Origin: the human T2T-CHM13v2.0 reference genome, Homo sapiens
Assembly (NCBI RefSeq): GCF_009914755.1
Contig: NC_060939.1
DNA length: 64,000 bases
Strand: one strand, 5' to 3'
Every line of letters begins with the position of its first letter. Position 1 is the stretch's first letter. Position numbers and translations under genes: made by a program. Shown here piece by piece: positions 12,377 to 36,254 of the stretch. The notes beneath the pieces are model-generated. The model was not told where the DNA came from and searched no databases. It saw only the letters and a program-made list of their open reading frames with translations.

Positions 12377-14689
12377 AACAACAGCTCATTCCTCTCTGGG
12401 GAGGGGCTGGCTCAGGGTTACACAGTGAGGGTGGAGGTAGAGGTGGGCCCACAGTACCTCCCTTGTTGGGTTGTCTGAAGACCCCTCTGGCCACCCCCCA
12501 CAGGACACGGAGGAGAACATCTGGACAGTGACGGGGAGGAGGCACCTCGGCCCATGCCGAGTGTCCCAGAGGACCCGGAGAGCAGGGAGGCCATGGTGAG
12601 CCTGACTCCCCCTGCACCCATTTTGCCACCTTTCTCTGTGGTCCCTCCAAGACCCCTTTATGCTCTTCGTTTCCCTGCCTTCTGATTTCTCTGGACCCTC
12701 ACCCCTTCTGGGAGCCAGTGGTCAGACACCATTTCACCTGTGACAAACGTGTACTCTCTGAGGCCCCAAGGGAAGGGCCTGCACTCCACCTCTCTGCCCC
12801 GTTTGCTCCGTGTATGCCCCTACAAGAATGCTCGCGTCTTGCCCTCAGGTGGCATTTTTCAAGTCCGCTGGAGCTAGTGCCCAGGAGAAGCAGGCACAGT
12901 TACAAGAGCAGGTGAAAGAGCAGAGGGTGTGCTGCCAGCGCCTGGCTCACCCGGTGGCCTCGGCCCAGAAGGAGCCAGAGGCAGCCAGAGGCCCTGGAGC
13001 CCCAGGGCCTGGGGGCGAGTCTGTGAGTGGGGAGACCCACCGGGCCCTGCAGGAAGTCACGGAGAAGCTGGCCCATGCCAGGACTCACCTCCGCCTTCTC
13101 CATGACTTGAAAATGCCACCTGAGGGCAGGTCGCTGCCGAGATGTGACTGCAATATTTTGGCTCCAGAGCAGCTTTATGGACCACCTGGAGGAGAAGGCA
13201 GACCTGAGTGAGCTGGTGAAGAAAAAAGAACTTTGCTTCATCCACCACTGGCGAGATAGATGCCATCAGTGAGTGGGAGGCCAGGGCATGGCAGGGGGAG
13301 CTGCAGGACCGTCGGAGGGGCCCCAGCGTCTGAGCCCTGTCCTCCCGCAGGAAAATCCATCACCTTTTATCAGAACCAGGGGGCCGTGCCAAAGATGCGG
13401 CACTGGGAGGAGGACACCATCAGGCTGGAGCTCAGGGAGGAGATGAAGGTAGGGTGTGCAACATCTCTGTGGGGGTGGGGGTGGGTGTGAGGGTGGGCGC
13501 AGGCAGCGGCATGGCAGCTGAGCACCCCTCCCTCCAGGTGAAGCTGCTGGAGCTGCAGCAGATGGTGTTGCGGCTTATAGCAACTACAACAATGGGCACA
13601 GAAAATTCCTGGCCACTGCCCAGAACCCTGCTGATGAGCCTGGTCCAGGAGCCCCAGCCCCCCAGGAGCTTGGGGCTGCAGGCAAGCATGGTGGTGAGTG
13701 GAGCCCTCAGGCGGGGTGGGCAGGCTGGAAGAGGGGGGCTCCCACTGTGCTCAGATCCCCGCCTCCCTCTCTCCAAAGATCTTTGTGAGGTGAGCCTCAC
13801 CTCCTCTGCCCAAGGAGAGGCCACCTGGCCACATCCTGTTTTGTTCCATTTGTATTCCCACTTCATTTATATACATTCCTTCTTCCTCTGAATTATTTTG
13901 AAGTAAAACCTATATATCATATCATTTTTTAAATTACCTTATATGTATCTGTAGAAGACAAGGAATTTTAAAAAATGAATATACTCATAATGCCATTAAA
14001 TACCAAAAAATACATTCTGAAAATAGCCACAAATTCAGAGTTTACATTTTCTTGACTTTCTCATAAGTGATTTTTTTCTAGGTTATCTATTTCAGATACC
14101 TGTTTGCTCATATTTACATTCCTAACTGAACAATGTCTGAAGAGGTACTTAAACCTGTCATAAAACACAAATGAGCTTATGACCAAATGCTTAGTGCCAG
14201 AAAAAACTTCAAACTGCAATATGAGTCTCTCCAAATACAGAAAGGACCAGTATTTTAAGAGGTATGTTAACTAAAATGTTGCAGTGTATGGAGCAGAGCA
14301 GGAAGAACCTTTAAGTCCGAAACTTACAAGTAAATTTCATAGTTTCCGTGGTCCTTCCACAACAACCTCTGGCATCTGTTTTTTCTACAATGGAGGTAAC
14401 AGTAGCTCTTTCAGAGCAGGAAAAGGCTTAGAGCAGTGCTAGAAGAGGGTGGTGGCTATATAAAGTTTAGCTATTTGTATATTGTAACAAACCACCTTTT
14501 TTTTTTTTTTAAGTCAGTAGTAGATTTCTTTTGGAAAAGTAGCCGCCTCCTGTCTAGAGATACCTGCAGTTCCACTAAGTGAACATTGGTGTCTGCTCAC
14601 CTTTGCCTCTATTTCTCTCAATAATATACTCTTAAGCTGTTCCCTGATTTAGCAATTTTATACACTTTCTTTTTCTTTATTTTTTTTTC

Positions 14690-17470
<2,781 letters not shown>

Positions 17471-17529
17471 ATATTTTCTCCCTCCCTTAGATAAAAGATA
17501 GCATATACCATTGTGCACTTTATTTGTTT

Positions 17530-17832
17530 TTTGACCTGGGGTGGGGTCTTACTCTGTCACTGAGGCTGGAGTACAGTGGGGTGATCTTGGCTCACTGAAA
17601 CCTCTGCCTCCTAGACTCAAGCTGTCTTCCCACCTCAGCCTCCAGGGTAGCTGGAACCACAGGTGTGTGCCACCACACCCAGCTATTTTTTTTGTATTTT
17701 TGGTAGTGACTGAGTTTTGCCATGCTGCCCAGGCTGATATCGAGCTCTTGGGTTCAGGCGATCCACCTGCCTCAGCCTCTCAGAATGTTTTCAAAGTGCT
17801 GGGAATTACAGGTGTGAGCCACTGCACCGGCC
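17530..17832 (-). mobile_element. Alu (AluJ/S, diverged)
   Basis: Antisense Alu body with both arms. Confidence 0.85.
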
Positions 17833-18721
17833 CATTTTGCACCTTTTTAAACTTCTCTCAGAGATGACTTCATATCTGTTTATAGAAATGTTCTTCATCT
17901 TTTTTTAAATTAGTACTTTGTAGTGTGGATGTACCACTTTTTTATTCAGTTAGGTTTTTTTTGACATTTGAGTGTTAGGTCTTTTTTTCTGACATTGTAA
18001 GACTAAAATATGAAAAGGAAAACTGGAAAAAATTTCAAAGAAAATTTACCTAACTGTCTTTGTGATCTTGTTGTAGGGAAACTTTTTGTAATGATTAGTA
18101 TCCAGGATATGAAAAATAGCCTAATAATGAAAAGGAAAACTTAAGACAAAATGGGCATAGGATGTGAAGAGTTACTTTACAGAGGAAGAAATTGGAATGG
18201 TCAGTAAACGTGGGAAAAGATACTTGAACCAGAAACTCATGGATAAATTGAAAGTTAAAATGACTATTCTGTCATCTTCAGAGTGGCAAAAATATAAGTC
18301 TGACAGAATTGCTGGCAGAGATATGGGCCAGTGGAAACTCAGCTAGGTAAAGTGGAGCGCAATTTTATAATCTCTAATGAAGTTGAAGATGCACATACCT
18401 GAGCAAAAAAATACATGTGTACAAAGAAATTTGGAATAACTGTTTATCACAGTAGTGTTTGCAGTAATACAAGATGATGCAGAATGTAAGTTAACCAACA
18501 AGAGATTGGATAATTAAACTCATATCCATGTGGTGGAATATTATACAGCAATTAAACATGAACATACTAGATTAAAAAGAATTAACATGGGTAAATCTCA
18601 TGAAGAAAACTTTGGGTAAAAAAGGCAAGCTGCAGAAGGATATGGGCAATATAATAACATATGTGAGTAGTTCATTTCCATATTTATGTTGTTTCAATGT
18701 TTAAAAAAAAAAAGAGTTATT

Positions 18722-20093
<1,372 letters not shown>

Positions 20094-23000
20094 TCTCTTA
20101 GTTTCTGATGGTTTTCCTGACCATATATGTGATGCCGAAGTTGCTTTTTTGTTGTCACACCTATTGGCATCAAGTGCTGAACTTTTCATGGAGTGGCAAT
20201 TTTTTGGTAATAAAGCAACTTTCAAAATGAGTCTAAGTTTATCTCTGGAAAAGTTTGAAAGAATCAGTGAAGGTTCTTTTAGACAGTACCCATGTTCTAC
20301 AGATCAGCCATTCTCTCTCTGTCTCTCAAATTTTCAGTAAACCTTTCCACATAGGATGTCAGCACGATTTTATTAATACATTAAATATATGTAAAATAAG
20401 GCAAATTAAGACACAACTCCATCAACTCTCATCTACTCTGGGCTTATTTCTCTTCATAGTACATAACACCATCTACGTCATATGCTTATTGTCTGTTTCT
20501 ATTAGAGCAGGGTATTTTTGTTAGTGCTGTTAGTGTGCTCAGCATATACAGCAGCACTTGGCAGACAGTAGGTGCTGAATGAAAGAATGAAGAAGAACAG
20601 AACTCATTTTACTAAAGACATTTTGATATCACTTTTGGGATAGGATACTATACATTAAAGATGATACAGTGTTTATTCCAGAATGGTCTTAGCTACAGTG
20701 TTCACAGCACAGTATTTGTATACTTAACGCTGTTATCCATTCTACCTTCCTTTGAGGTTGGCATGAGAGTTGCCCGTCAGCGTATGTGTGCTCTTAGAAA
20801 TCGGGGACAATACTATCATTTTAAGCTTCTTGGCAGTGACGTGTACTTAACTAGATGGTGAACTCATAGGTGGAGGGGGAGTATCTAATGCTTTCGTATT
20901 CTGCTTTTCAGCAAATAAATATTACCGTACTGTGTGTGTAACATGAGCTATATAAGTGTGTGATGATTAAATTAGAAGATAGGGTTCTCTGCAATCCAGT
21001 TTTCCAAGATAAATTTTTGCCTTGTTTTTCTTAGGTAATAAAGGTACCATATTGACTGTTGATATATGCCTACTTAGTCATGCTTCTCTTGCAGTAATCT
21101 TATCAAATTACCAGCTTTTTACTTTTTTAGAGAGACAGTCCTAGAATTGAGAATCCTCTTTTGCCTACATTCAAAATAGACTATATTACGTGGGTAGGAA
21201 ATTTCTGGTGACCTACTTTTAATTTTTAAATTTAAAAAAATTTTAGCATAGTTTTAGATTTAGAAAATAGTTGCAAAGGTGGTATAGAGAGTTTCTGTGT
21301 ACCACACAGGCACCCAGTTTCCCCTGTTGCTAACATCTTACATGATTATGGTATATTTGTCACAACTAACAAATCAGTATTGATATATTATAACTAAACT
21401 GCATACTTTTAGGGGTAGTGACCCAGTTTTAAAGCTTATTTCCCACAATTTGTTAAAAATGACAATCAGCATTGAATGCCCATGGGTGGTGGCTTCCTGA
21501 TTCTTCAAAGAAACTGAGTAATTTTGTAACCATTGGGACTTATCAGGAAATAAGGAACTCATAATAATGTGCGCTTAAATTTCCAGTGGAGGAATTGTAC
21601 AGCTTAAAATATGTTTTTGTAAGTTGGGTATTAATAAAGAGGCTGGGTGGGGTTTGATCACTATTAATACTGATTTATTTTGTTCCCTGGAAAATATGTT
21701 ACTACCACATGGTCTACCCTTCATAGATAATCAATCCTAAGATCACTGGGTGGAAAAGGGTTGCCCTGTAGTAGGAAATGTGTCCTCCTGGGACTGAGTT
21801 GAGATTTAGTTTAGCACACAGTATAAGTAGCCAATGGCTGCTATGAGACTGACTTCTAGAATTCAAATTGGTATAAATTTAATCTAATTCTTTTCCCCAG
21901 GACTGCCCAATTTAAGATTAAGTTTTAAACTGGCGCTTATTAGAGATATGGCCATTTTGCCATTTCAGTGGAACCTTTTAATCAGCTTTAATGCTGTCTT
22001 AGGTAAAGTAAAAACTTAATCTAAGGGCTTTTCTAGTTTGCCATCCTCAAAGCAGAAAAAGCAGCAATGAAGCAGCACTGCCTCATATAGACTCTGCTTT
22101 TATTAAATTTGCTTCAATAATCCTCTTCCAGTCATCTTTTGTGCTGCATATTTGAACCATAAAATAAACAAAAATTGTACCCAAATGAAAATTTCAAGTT
22201 ATTTTAATGAAGCTCTGGAAACATCCCACAGCTCAGAAGATATTTTTTCCTAGTTTATTTTTTAAATTCTGGAAAGTAGGTCAGTAGACATACCCTGCTT
22301 TAATTGGTTTAATTAGAAGTGAAAAATTATAGGACTAACTCAATTTGAAGTATAGATTTCAATAAGAAGAATTATACTGGGATGAATATTATTTAAGGTT
22401 TTGAATTTAAGATGCATTTAATCAATGCTTATAATTTCCTCTTGAAAAGATTTATATTGCAAAAAGGAAGACTAAGTGTTGGAATATATCAATATACAGG
22501 GAAAAACTTTGCCATGAAATATAATATTTGATAAAATCATTTTAGAATTGTATCTCTAAATGGTATGCCTAAGAATATTGTTCTATAGGACCTTAATAGA
22601 TATGCCTCGGGGGAAAAAAGTATTGTGTGCTCAAGTGAGTTTGAGATATACTGCATTAAATATAAGAAGTTGCCTTCAGGACTTCTCAGAGTCTTTAACA
22701 CTTTCTGAATTTCTGAGACAAGATATATAGAGGGTACAGTACTTTGCAAACCTATTTATCCCTATACCACCTAGTAACATTTTTCAGGAAAATGTTTTGA
22801 GAACACGAATTGGACCTGTTTTAGGAATTTATACCTTTGACAATGTTGAGGACCTTGTTTTTTCCTATTATAATGATGATGTGATATTCACATATATTAC
22901 TTTTTCCCAATTCTTTATCTTTAAGATATTTTTCCAATGTATTATATTCAACCCTCTGCTCAGTGCCTTCCTTCTGCTAACTGAAGTGGTGGTTTCCATC

Positions 23001-23397
23001 TGTTGCTACACATCAGAAATACCTGGCCCTGACCCTGGAGATTCTGTATGAATAGAAATGCCAGAATACCTGCTCAGGATTCTGTATTTATTACAAACAC
23101 CCAGGTGATTCTGATGCAGCCAACACTGGTCCTCCAACTGATGCTTTGGAATTGTTGAACTAAAAGCATGCCTTTTTTTCTAGATGGATGAGTAGATTGG
23201 GGCATAGTTTGTGGTCCTAGAACACATGGGTTAACCATCCATCCTAGTGAGAATGATAGCACAGGCCTCTGATGACCCCACGAGGTGCTGTGCTGGCTAT
23301 AACCTAACATGAAACTATTATTATTCTTTAAGAAAAGCAGAATATGTCTAAATGGGCTTTTAGCCACCTTCCTAATAATGAAGTACCATATATATGA

Positions 23398-23778
<381 letters not shown>

Positions 23779-25079
23779 GTTCTTTAAAAAGAATATTAGA
23801 TTATATTTTCTAAATGTGCCAAGTATCTAAGAATATATTCTTTCACCTCCTGCTGATAAGAGTTATACATTTAACCTTAAGCAAATCTGCCAAGATTCTA
23901 TGTCATTTATGCTTTGATTTATGTGAGTATTAATGTAGTTTCTGTGACTATTGTATGGTTATATATACCCTCCACCTAGTAAAACAGTTCCATATTCCTG
24001 GAAATGGTCTTTTACATCCCACAAATGTAGCTGGAAAGGAATAATATAAATACTAATGGTTTGAGAGACAACTAGTCTTGACATGTCTTGGTTGAATAGT
24101 GTTCTATAAGCAACAATATATGAAATACTAGACACACCCATTAAAAGTAGAAAATACCCACTACTGTTCTAAAATTATTCTGCAAGATCTCACCAATGCA
24201 ATGAGACATAAAACAGAAATAATGGGTGTAATTATTGAAAATTGGAGATAAAATTTTTATTACTTGCAAACAAAATTCTCTGTGTCAAAAACCTGATAAA
24301 TTAAACAATACAATTAATATGTTTAATAGAACTAATTACATATGAGAGGCATCCAAAATCCATTTTTTCTATACAAACATGGTTTGATATACACAGTCTT
24401 GTTTTATCTGTGTATTAATTGGTTGATGAAATAATAAATGGAAAAATCAAGTATGCATTATCAGGTTAAAGAAGCAGGAGAGACAGAGCCATAAAAACAA
24501 AGAGAGAAGAATGTTGTAAGGAGGGCTTAACGACCAGGATAAATGTTGTAGAGAGATCAATTAAAGTGATGGCCTAGAGATCACAGGCTTCCTTTGGCAG
24601 AGCCATGTTGGTGAAGTGAAGGAAGTGGAAGCCAGACCACAATGGTTGAAGAATGAATGTAATGTAAGAGCCAAGACATTTATTTGAGTCTGATAGTAAT
24701 GAAAAAGGACGAGAATTTTCTTCTTGCTGTTGTTTTTGTCATTTCATGTTCAAAACCCTTTATCTCCCATGTGGGACTGAAAACTCCAAGATGGGATCTC
24801 TGTTTCTGTGAGGCCTGTAGTGCTTAGTACATCCTTGAATGTGTGAGGCTCTCATTGGTATAAGTTTAATTCCTGACTGTGGATGAAAGCTTTAAAACTT
24901 TGTGGGCAAAATACAGAATGAATTTCAGTGAGTTCCCATGTATTAAACAAGGTGGCGCTGGCTGGAGACATGCTGTCCCTGTGCCCACAGGAGTAGCAGT
25001 GCTGTGCTCATCTTCCTGACCCGCTCTTCACAGTCTTCACCGCCTTTCTTCAGGAGTCTCCCCTTTGGCTTTTCCACAG

Positions 25080-25403
<324 letters not shown>

Positions 25404-26284
25404 TAAATAATTAAGACAAAATGATTGTATTAATTGACTTCTATGCTTAATCACTAATTTCACTTTTTATATTTCCCTTGACTTTTGGGGGAGAAATAGT
25501 CTTTGTCTCAAAAGTGGGCTTCAGTGACCTATGGGTCTGATGAAGCAACCAGGGATAATGAGACAAGGATATTTAATGGCAACATGCCAGCAATTATTAT
25601 TAGTTAATTGAAAGCGTTTATGATTTTGGCCTGGGGCCAATGCTTTCCCCCTCTGCTGGGCTAACATGTGGGTAAGGGAGAGGAAAAGCTTTGTTTCACT
25701 TTTTAAATAAAAGTATTACGTAACTTTGAAATTTGTATAAAATTAAAAGATAGTAAAAACAACTATTCTAACAGAATTCAAAACCTGTTATGCTTCAGTG
25801 GAGAGATTATTCAAGATAAGTCCGTGGGAAATTGGGAGTACATTTCTACTGGCAAAGTTAGTGATAACTATGCACTTCTGACAAAATGTGAAATGGGGGG
25901 TATGGGCGTGTCATATCATCATGGTGCAGATACGTGGATGTGTGCTTCCAAACAATGGCAACCTAACTGACTGCTGGAACCATACAAAATACCTGAAACT
26001 ACTCAGAAAGAAGGTGAAAATTGCATGCAAAAATTATTTGAAAAATATTGAGCTAACACAACATGAATTTTGAATTATAAGTGAGGTATTGTAACTCACC
26101 TACAGATGTGTTTTTTGTAATCAATATTCATGGACTCAGACTACACAGTAAAAGCTTACATAGAAATCATTCTATCTAAACTTTCTGGATATGAAAGTAA
26201 CTTACTATGTGTTTTGCTACTATATCTTTATATGAATTTAAATCACATTTCCAAGTGGCTTACAGTAATCAAGGTTAATTTGTC

Positions 26285-27030
26285 ACAAGGAAGATGCAAA
26301 TTAAAACCACATTGCAATATCACTGCACACCCACTAGTACGGTTTAAAAGAAAAAAAAACAAAATATCAAGTATTGGTGAAAATGTGGAGCAAACAGAAC
26401 TCTTTTTCAATAATGGCGGGTATGTAAAGTGGCACAAACACTTTGGAAACCTGTTTGGCATTATACCATACTAAACCTGAACACATGCATTGTTTATGAC
26501 CCAGGAATGCCCCTCCTGGGAACCAACAACAACGCATATATGTGTTGCATATGTTCACCAAAAGACATTTACAAGAATGTTCATAGCAGCACTATTTGAA
26601 ATTGCCCCCAAGTAGAAGATGCACAAATATTTAACAGTAGTTAGATAAAGTGTGGTACGTTTATGCAATATAATACCATATAGAAACGAGAGTGAGGGAT
26701 CTGCAAACTAATATGCAACTGTACAAATGAATCCCACAAATATAATGTTGGGTGGCAGAAGCCAGATGCAAATGAATACATGCTGTAGATTTCATTCTTT
26801 TACATTAAAAAAGCTAGTCACACAAAGTTATGCTGTTAGAAGAGAGTGATTTGGTCGGGCGCAGGGGTAGTTACAGGAAGGGAGTACACGGAGATTTCTG
26901 GTTGTTAGTTATGTTCAGTGTCAATCTAGGTGCTAAACAGGTACAATAAAGATTTTAGAATTCATCAATTTGCACACTTATGATAGATGCACTTTCCTGT
27001 ATGTATATTTCAATACAATCTTTTAAAAAG
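26285..27030 (+). mobile_element. Old L1M (L1ME/MC-like) 3' fragments
   Basis: atgcaaattaaaaccaca...caagtattggtgaaaatgtggagcaa...acaagaatgttcatagcagcactattt. Confidence 0.65.
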
Positions 27031-27799
27031 TAAAATGACAAAAAGACACTATTAACAAAAATGACATATTACATTAACTGTTATACTAAGGAAAATATAA
27101 AAATGAGTTCTATAACAGGGGCTCTGCAGGTCATGTGGTCATGCCAAGGACCATATGTGCTCAAGATTCTCATGACATTTTGGAAGGAGGTTGGGCTTTC
27201 TTTATCTTTCCTTTCTTCTCTCCCTTCCCTTCCCTTCCCTATTTTTAAACCTAGGTTTGGTATTTTCCTGGGGTGATGGTGACTTTGGAAAATTGGGCCG
27301 GGGCGGAAGTGAAGGCTGCAACATTCCCCAGAACATTGAGAGACTAAATGGACAGGGGGTGTGCCAGATTGAGTGTGGAGCTCAGTTCCTACTGGCGCTC
27401 ACCAAGTCTGGAGTGGTGTGGACATGGTACGTAAACGTCCTCCCCATCACAGTGTGCGTGCTTGTGCCGGTGCGTGCAGGGAACTTGGGCCTCGCCCCAG
27501 GACCACCCCGGCGTGATTGTGACCTGTCATATTTTTACTTATGCATGCATCTTTGTCCTTTAAAGGATATTGAGTCGGGATTAGTGACAATAGTACAAGA
27601 AGAAATTTCCTATTGTAACTGGGTCATTTTGAAAATACTAGAAAAATTTTAGGCCACTTACCTTTCCTGTTTGGGCGAGATTTATAGGAAGTGTTTCTTC
27701 TGCTGAAGCCTAAGGATAAAATGAGAGCAAAATAGCCTTCTGAATCCTTTGATCCTGAGAAAGTTAACATGTATTTCTTGTTAAAGCTTGTTATATTAA

Positions 27800-28179
<380 letters not shown>

Positions 28180-28885
28180 AACATTGGCACTTTAAGAAAG
28201 ATGTATACCAGATAGGACTTTGGATAGGTGTTTGCAGTAGTGTGTCTTATTTTCAGTCTATATGAAAACCTACAACAGTAACTTAAATATTGTAGAACAT
28301 GTATTAAGATATTAAGGTTTTTCCCAGCTGACTTAATAAGTTAATTTGAATTAATGGTGTATGATTTTGAATACAAGTTCGAAGACCTTGGGTGCTGTGT
28401 GTGATGTCATTGAGCTGGCTGTGAAAGATGTGAGACAATGAGTGTCTTCTTGTATCGCATGGTAAGACCATAACCGTATTGTAACACTCCACCACGGGCC
28501 TCCTCTCAGGGGAAAGGGGGATTACTTCAGGTTGGGCCACCGCTCTGACGTGCACGTTCGGAAGCTGCAGGTGGTGGAAGGGCTGAGAGGGAAGAAGATC
28601 GTGCATGTGGCTGTCGGGGCCCAGCATTGCCTGGCGGTCATGGACTCAGGGCAGGTAAGGCTGCAGGTGGCCTGGGGGTGGCGTGCCATCCTGACTTGGG
28701 GGACTTGGGGGTCACGACACGGCCCTCGTCCTGTTGAAATCGCAGCTGTTGATGAAATCAGCCGAGTCTTACTGCTTGAAGAACCATGGGGGCGGGACCC
28801 GTCCCTTTTGCCCGCTGGTGCATCTGACTGCTTAGCAGCAGGGGTTGGGGGCGGGGTCCTCAGAAAAGAGGCGTTCCCACTCTGA

Positions 28886-29214
<329 letters not shown>

Positions 29215-30389
29215 AAAGATTGTTATTCTTGAAGATGCTCCTACTGCAAGGTATTAGCAAGACTTTGCTTTAGAGAATTGCTAACTGGCAGGAGGGATCC
29301 ATGCCTCATTTTAGAGACAGAGCTGGTGCCTGACAAGTGTTACACTCTCTTCTGCTTGGAGAAGCATACGCTATGACCGGCCTGTGGATATTCAATTTAA
29401 AATTTTATTTATGAAAACAAAATTACCATTACTGTTTTTTTAGTCAAAATGAATTATACTTTATAATTCTATAAGGCCAAGGAGCAACTTACTTGAAAAA
29501 TGAGCATATTATTTTTGGTCATTTTTCTTTGCAAAGTAAAAGGGAAAAAATTATTGCACTTAGTTGAAGAGAAGACCTTCTGTGTGTCTTGCAACAAAAC
29601 AGAATTAATTGGATTAATATTAAGAAAATACTCTTTTTATGGTTATTGGCAAGCATTTTCATGGTTAGATTTTCTTCAGAATTGTAGTACACTGATGCCA
29701 TTTTGTAAGATTGTGAAATGGTTTGTTTTTACTTTTCAGAACTCAATTCTTTCAACTACCATGGCATACACGTTAAGCATTTTGAAGTAAAAATTACATT
29801 AAAGAAAATGTCCTGAAATGTTGAAAAATTATAAGCATTTTTCCCCTCGTAAACAGGTGTATGCTTGGGGTGACAATGACCACGGCCAGCAGGGCAATGG
29901 CACGACCACGGTTAACAGGAAGCCCACGCTCGTGCAAGGCTTAGAAGGCCAGAAGATCATGTGTGTGGCTTGCGGGTCGTCCCACAGTGTGGCGTGGACA
30001 ACTGTGGATGTGGCCACGCCCTCTGTCCACGAGCCCGTCCTCTTCCAGACTGCAAGAGACCCTTTAGGTGCTTCCTATTTAGGTAACACAGATTTGCATC
30101 TTCTCTGAGATTTTCCAGTAGGTTACAGCAACCTTATATTTATTTAATTGTGCCAACACATTAGAGGTTGTAGTGCCGTGTTAACTACATTATGACTCTA
30201 AAGACACAGAAGAATTATGGTGTGCTCTCATGCGATTTATACTGCTGGAATGAAAGTTTTAGAAGAAAGTATGTTGCTGATTCTTGTGTTTATGATCAGG
30301 TAAACTCACAGCGCTGTACTTGTGTGTGAACAGGACTCCTAATAACTGCCTGAGAACTACAGGCACTGTACTGGGCTCTTTTGTATTTT

Positions 30390-34045
<3,656 letters not shown>

Positions 34046-35941
34046 TGACATAGACACATGTCCCAGCTCCACCTGGCTCCCTCCCTCTACTGAGACCTGG
34101 GAGTTCGCAGGGAAGTGAGCCTGATGGGACTTTATTGGTGAACATCTTCTCTCTTTGTTGTTTTGTATTCTTTTTTCATCTTGCCTTACCAGGGTAAGAA
34201 AATACAGGTAGTTATTGCAGCATTTTCATAGCTTATATGTATATAACATAAACGGTTGTAAGTGCATTTTATAAAAGCACCTACATCTTTTTGCAGTTAC
34301 AGTTAAACTTTGCTGAAAATAGCTTCTTTATCGAAGTATGGATAAGTGGTTTTCTTATTCTGAAGGCCTGTTAATGAGCCTAATATGTGCCCTGTGAAAT
34401 AGCAAAATGCAGATTGCAGTGTGTTTTGGAACTAACCTATAAGGTCAGATATTATAGAAATAGAGCAAACTGTGATCTTAAAAACAAAATGCAAATTTTA
34501 TTTTCCTGTTATAGGCGTGCCTTCAGATGTCAATTCTTCTGCTGCCAGTAATAAAATAAGTGGTGCAAGTAATTCTAAGCCATATCACCCTTCTCTTGCC
34601 AAGATTCTCTTGTCATTGGATGGAAACCTGGCCAAACAGCAGGCCTTATCGCATATTCTTACAGCATTGCAAATCATGTATGCCAGGTAGGTTTCTGTGC
34701 TAATTTTTGAAATTCTGCAATTATGTGAGCTTCAGGTTTTTGTGATTTTTTTTTCATTGATCAGATGTCTCCAAGAATGTTGTATTGTTGTCTTTAAATG
34801 CTGTGTGTTGTAAGTCACGTGTTCTTTGATGGTGATTGATATCTTTGTGCATGTTTTAATAGGCATTGAAATATGAATTAGAAAACTAACTTGAACATTT
34901 TCACTATTCTTTTTGACCAGTAGACTCTAACCATTAATATTTGGGGGAAGAAAAGAATTAGGTGATACTAATTTATAGTGATGTCTAAGACGACTTAGCG
35001 TCCCCTTCACTCACTTTGAGAAGGCTGTTTTGCCAATGCAGCATTTTGCAGTATTTTTCTGCTGCTTTCCCACAGCCTAGATAAGTTGCCCATCTGCTAA
35101 TGTATCACACATGTGGACCTGACAGGTGTCCTTACATAGGAAAATTAGTTTCAGAACAAAAACATTCAGTAGAGGCTATTGAGTCCTTGCTGCTCAGTAT
35201 GTGGCTTTCAGTAAACACAAAATTGCCTGCTGGTCAATTATCCAGCCCTCAGGCTCTCACAGCAGCCCAAGAGGATTTCTTTCTCAGGGAGAGCCAGAGT
35301 CTCATTCTGGTCTGGTTTTCATGTTTGGCAGTTTTTCACCTGCCATTACTCTGGTTTTTCAAATAAATAGGATCCAGAGTAAACATTTTAGCTATTAGCC
35401 AAAGGATACATGGTAATAATGTTTGGTAGTTTTCCAAAACTCTTCTACATGTATTCAGTAAAAATGAGGAAACGCCTCAGTGCGTGCTAGTCCTGCCTCA
35501 CCACTTCCTGTGGTGCAGTGGAGAAGGGGCAGCTCACCACAGGCCTGGCTTTGTGTCCTGACAGAGATGCCGTAGTGGGGGCCCTGATGCCGGCCGCCAT
35601 GATCGCCCCGGTGGAGTTCCCCTCTGCGGCTGCTTCGGACGCATTTGCGATGGCTAGTCCCATGAATGGAGAAGAATGCATGCTGGCTGTTGATATCGAA
35701 GACAGACTGAGTCCAAATCCGTGGCAAGAAAAGAGAGAGGTAAAAGCGAATCGTAAAGCAGTGTTACATCAGAAAGGAAAAGGTGGCTACTTTGTGCCTA
35801 GGAAAGTCTCATCCTGTCATTTAGTTTAGGCTGTTTCTGTGCCTCCCGCTTTGATTTTTGGATTTACTTAGAAGAATATTCTCGGTGAAGGAGCTTTTAA
35901 AGTGCTTACGTGCAATTAGATTTCTTTTTTAAAAAAATCAT

Positions 35942-36220
35942 GGCCGAGCGCGGTGGCTCACGCCTTTAATCCCAGCACTTTGGGAGGCCGAGGCGGGCGG
36001 ATCACGAGGTCAGGAGATCCAGACCATCCTGGCTAACATGGTGAAACCCCGTCTCTACTAAAAATACAAAAAATTAGCCAGGCTGGTGGTGGGCGTCTGT
36101 GGTCCCAGCTACTCGGGAGGCTGAGGCAGGAGAATAGCATGAACCCGGGAAAGCAGAGCTGGCAGTGAGCCGAGATCGCGCCACTGCGCTTCAGCCTGGG
36201 TGACAGAGCAAGACTCTGTC

Positions 36221-36252
<32 letters not shown>

Positions 36253-36254
36253 TA
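35942..36254 (+). mobile_element. AluY with A/(TA)n tail
   Basis: Full sense Alu, accatcctggctaaca diagnostic. Confidence 0.95.
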
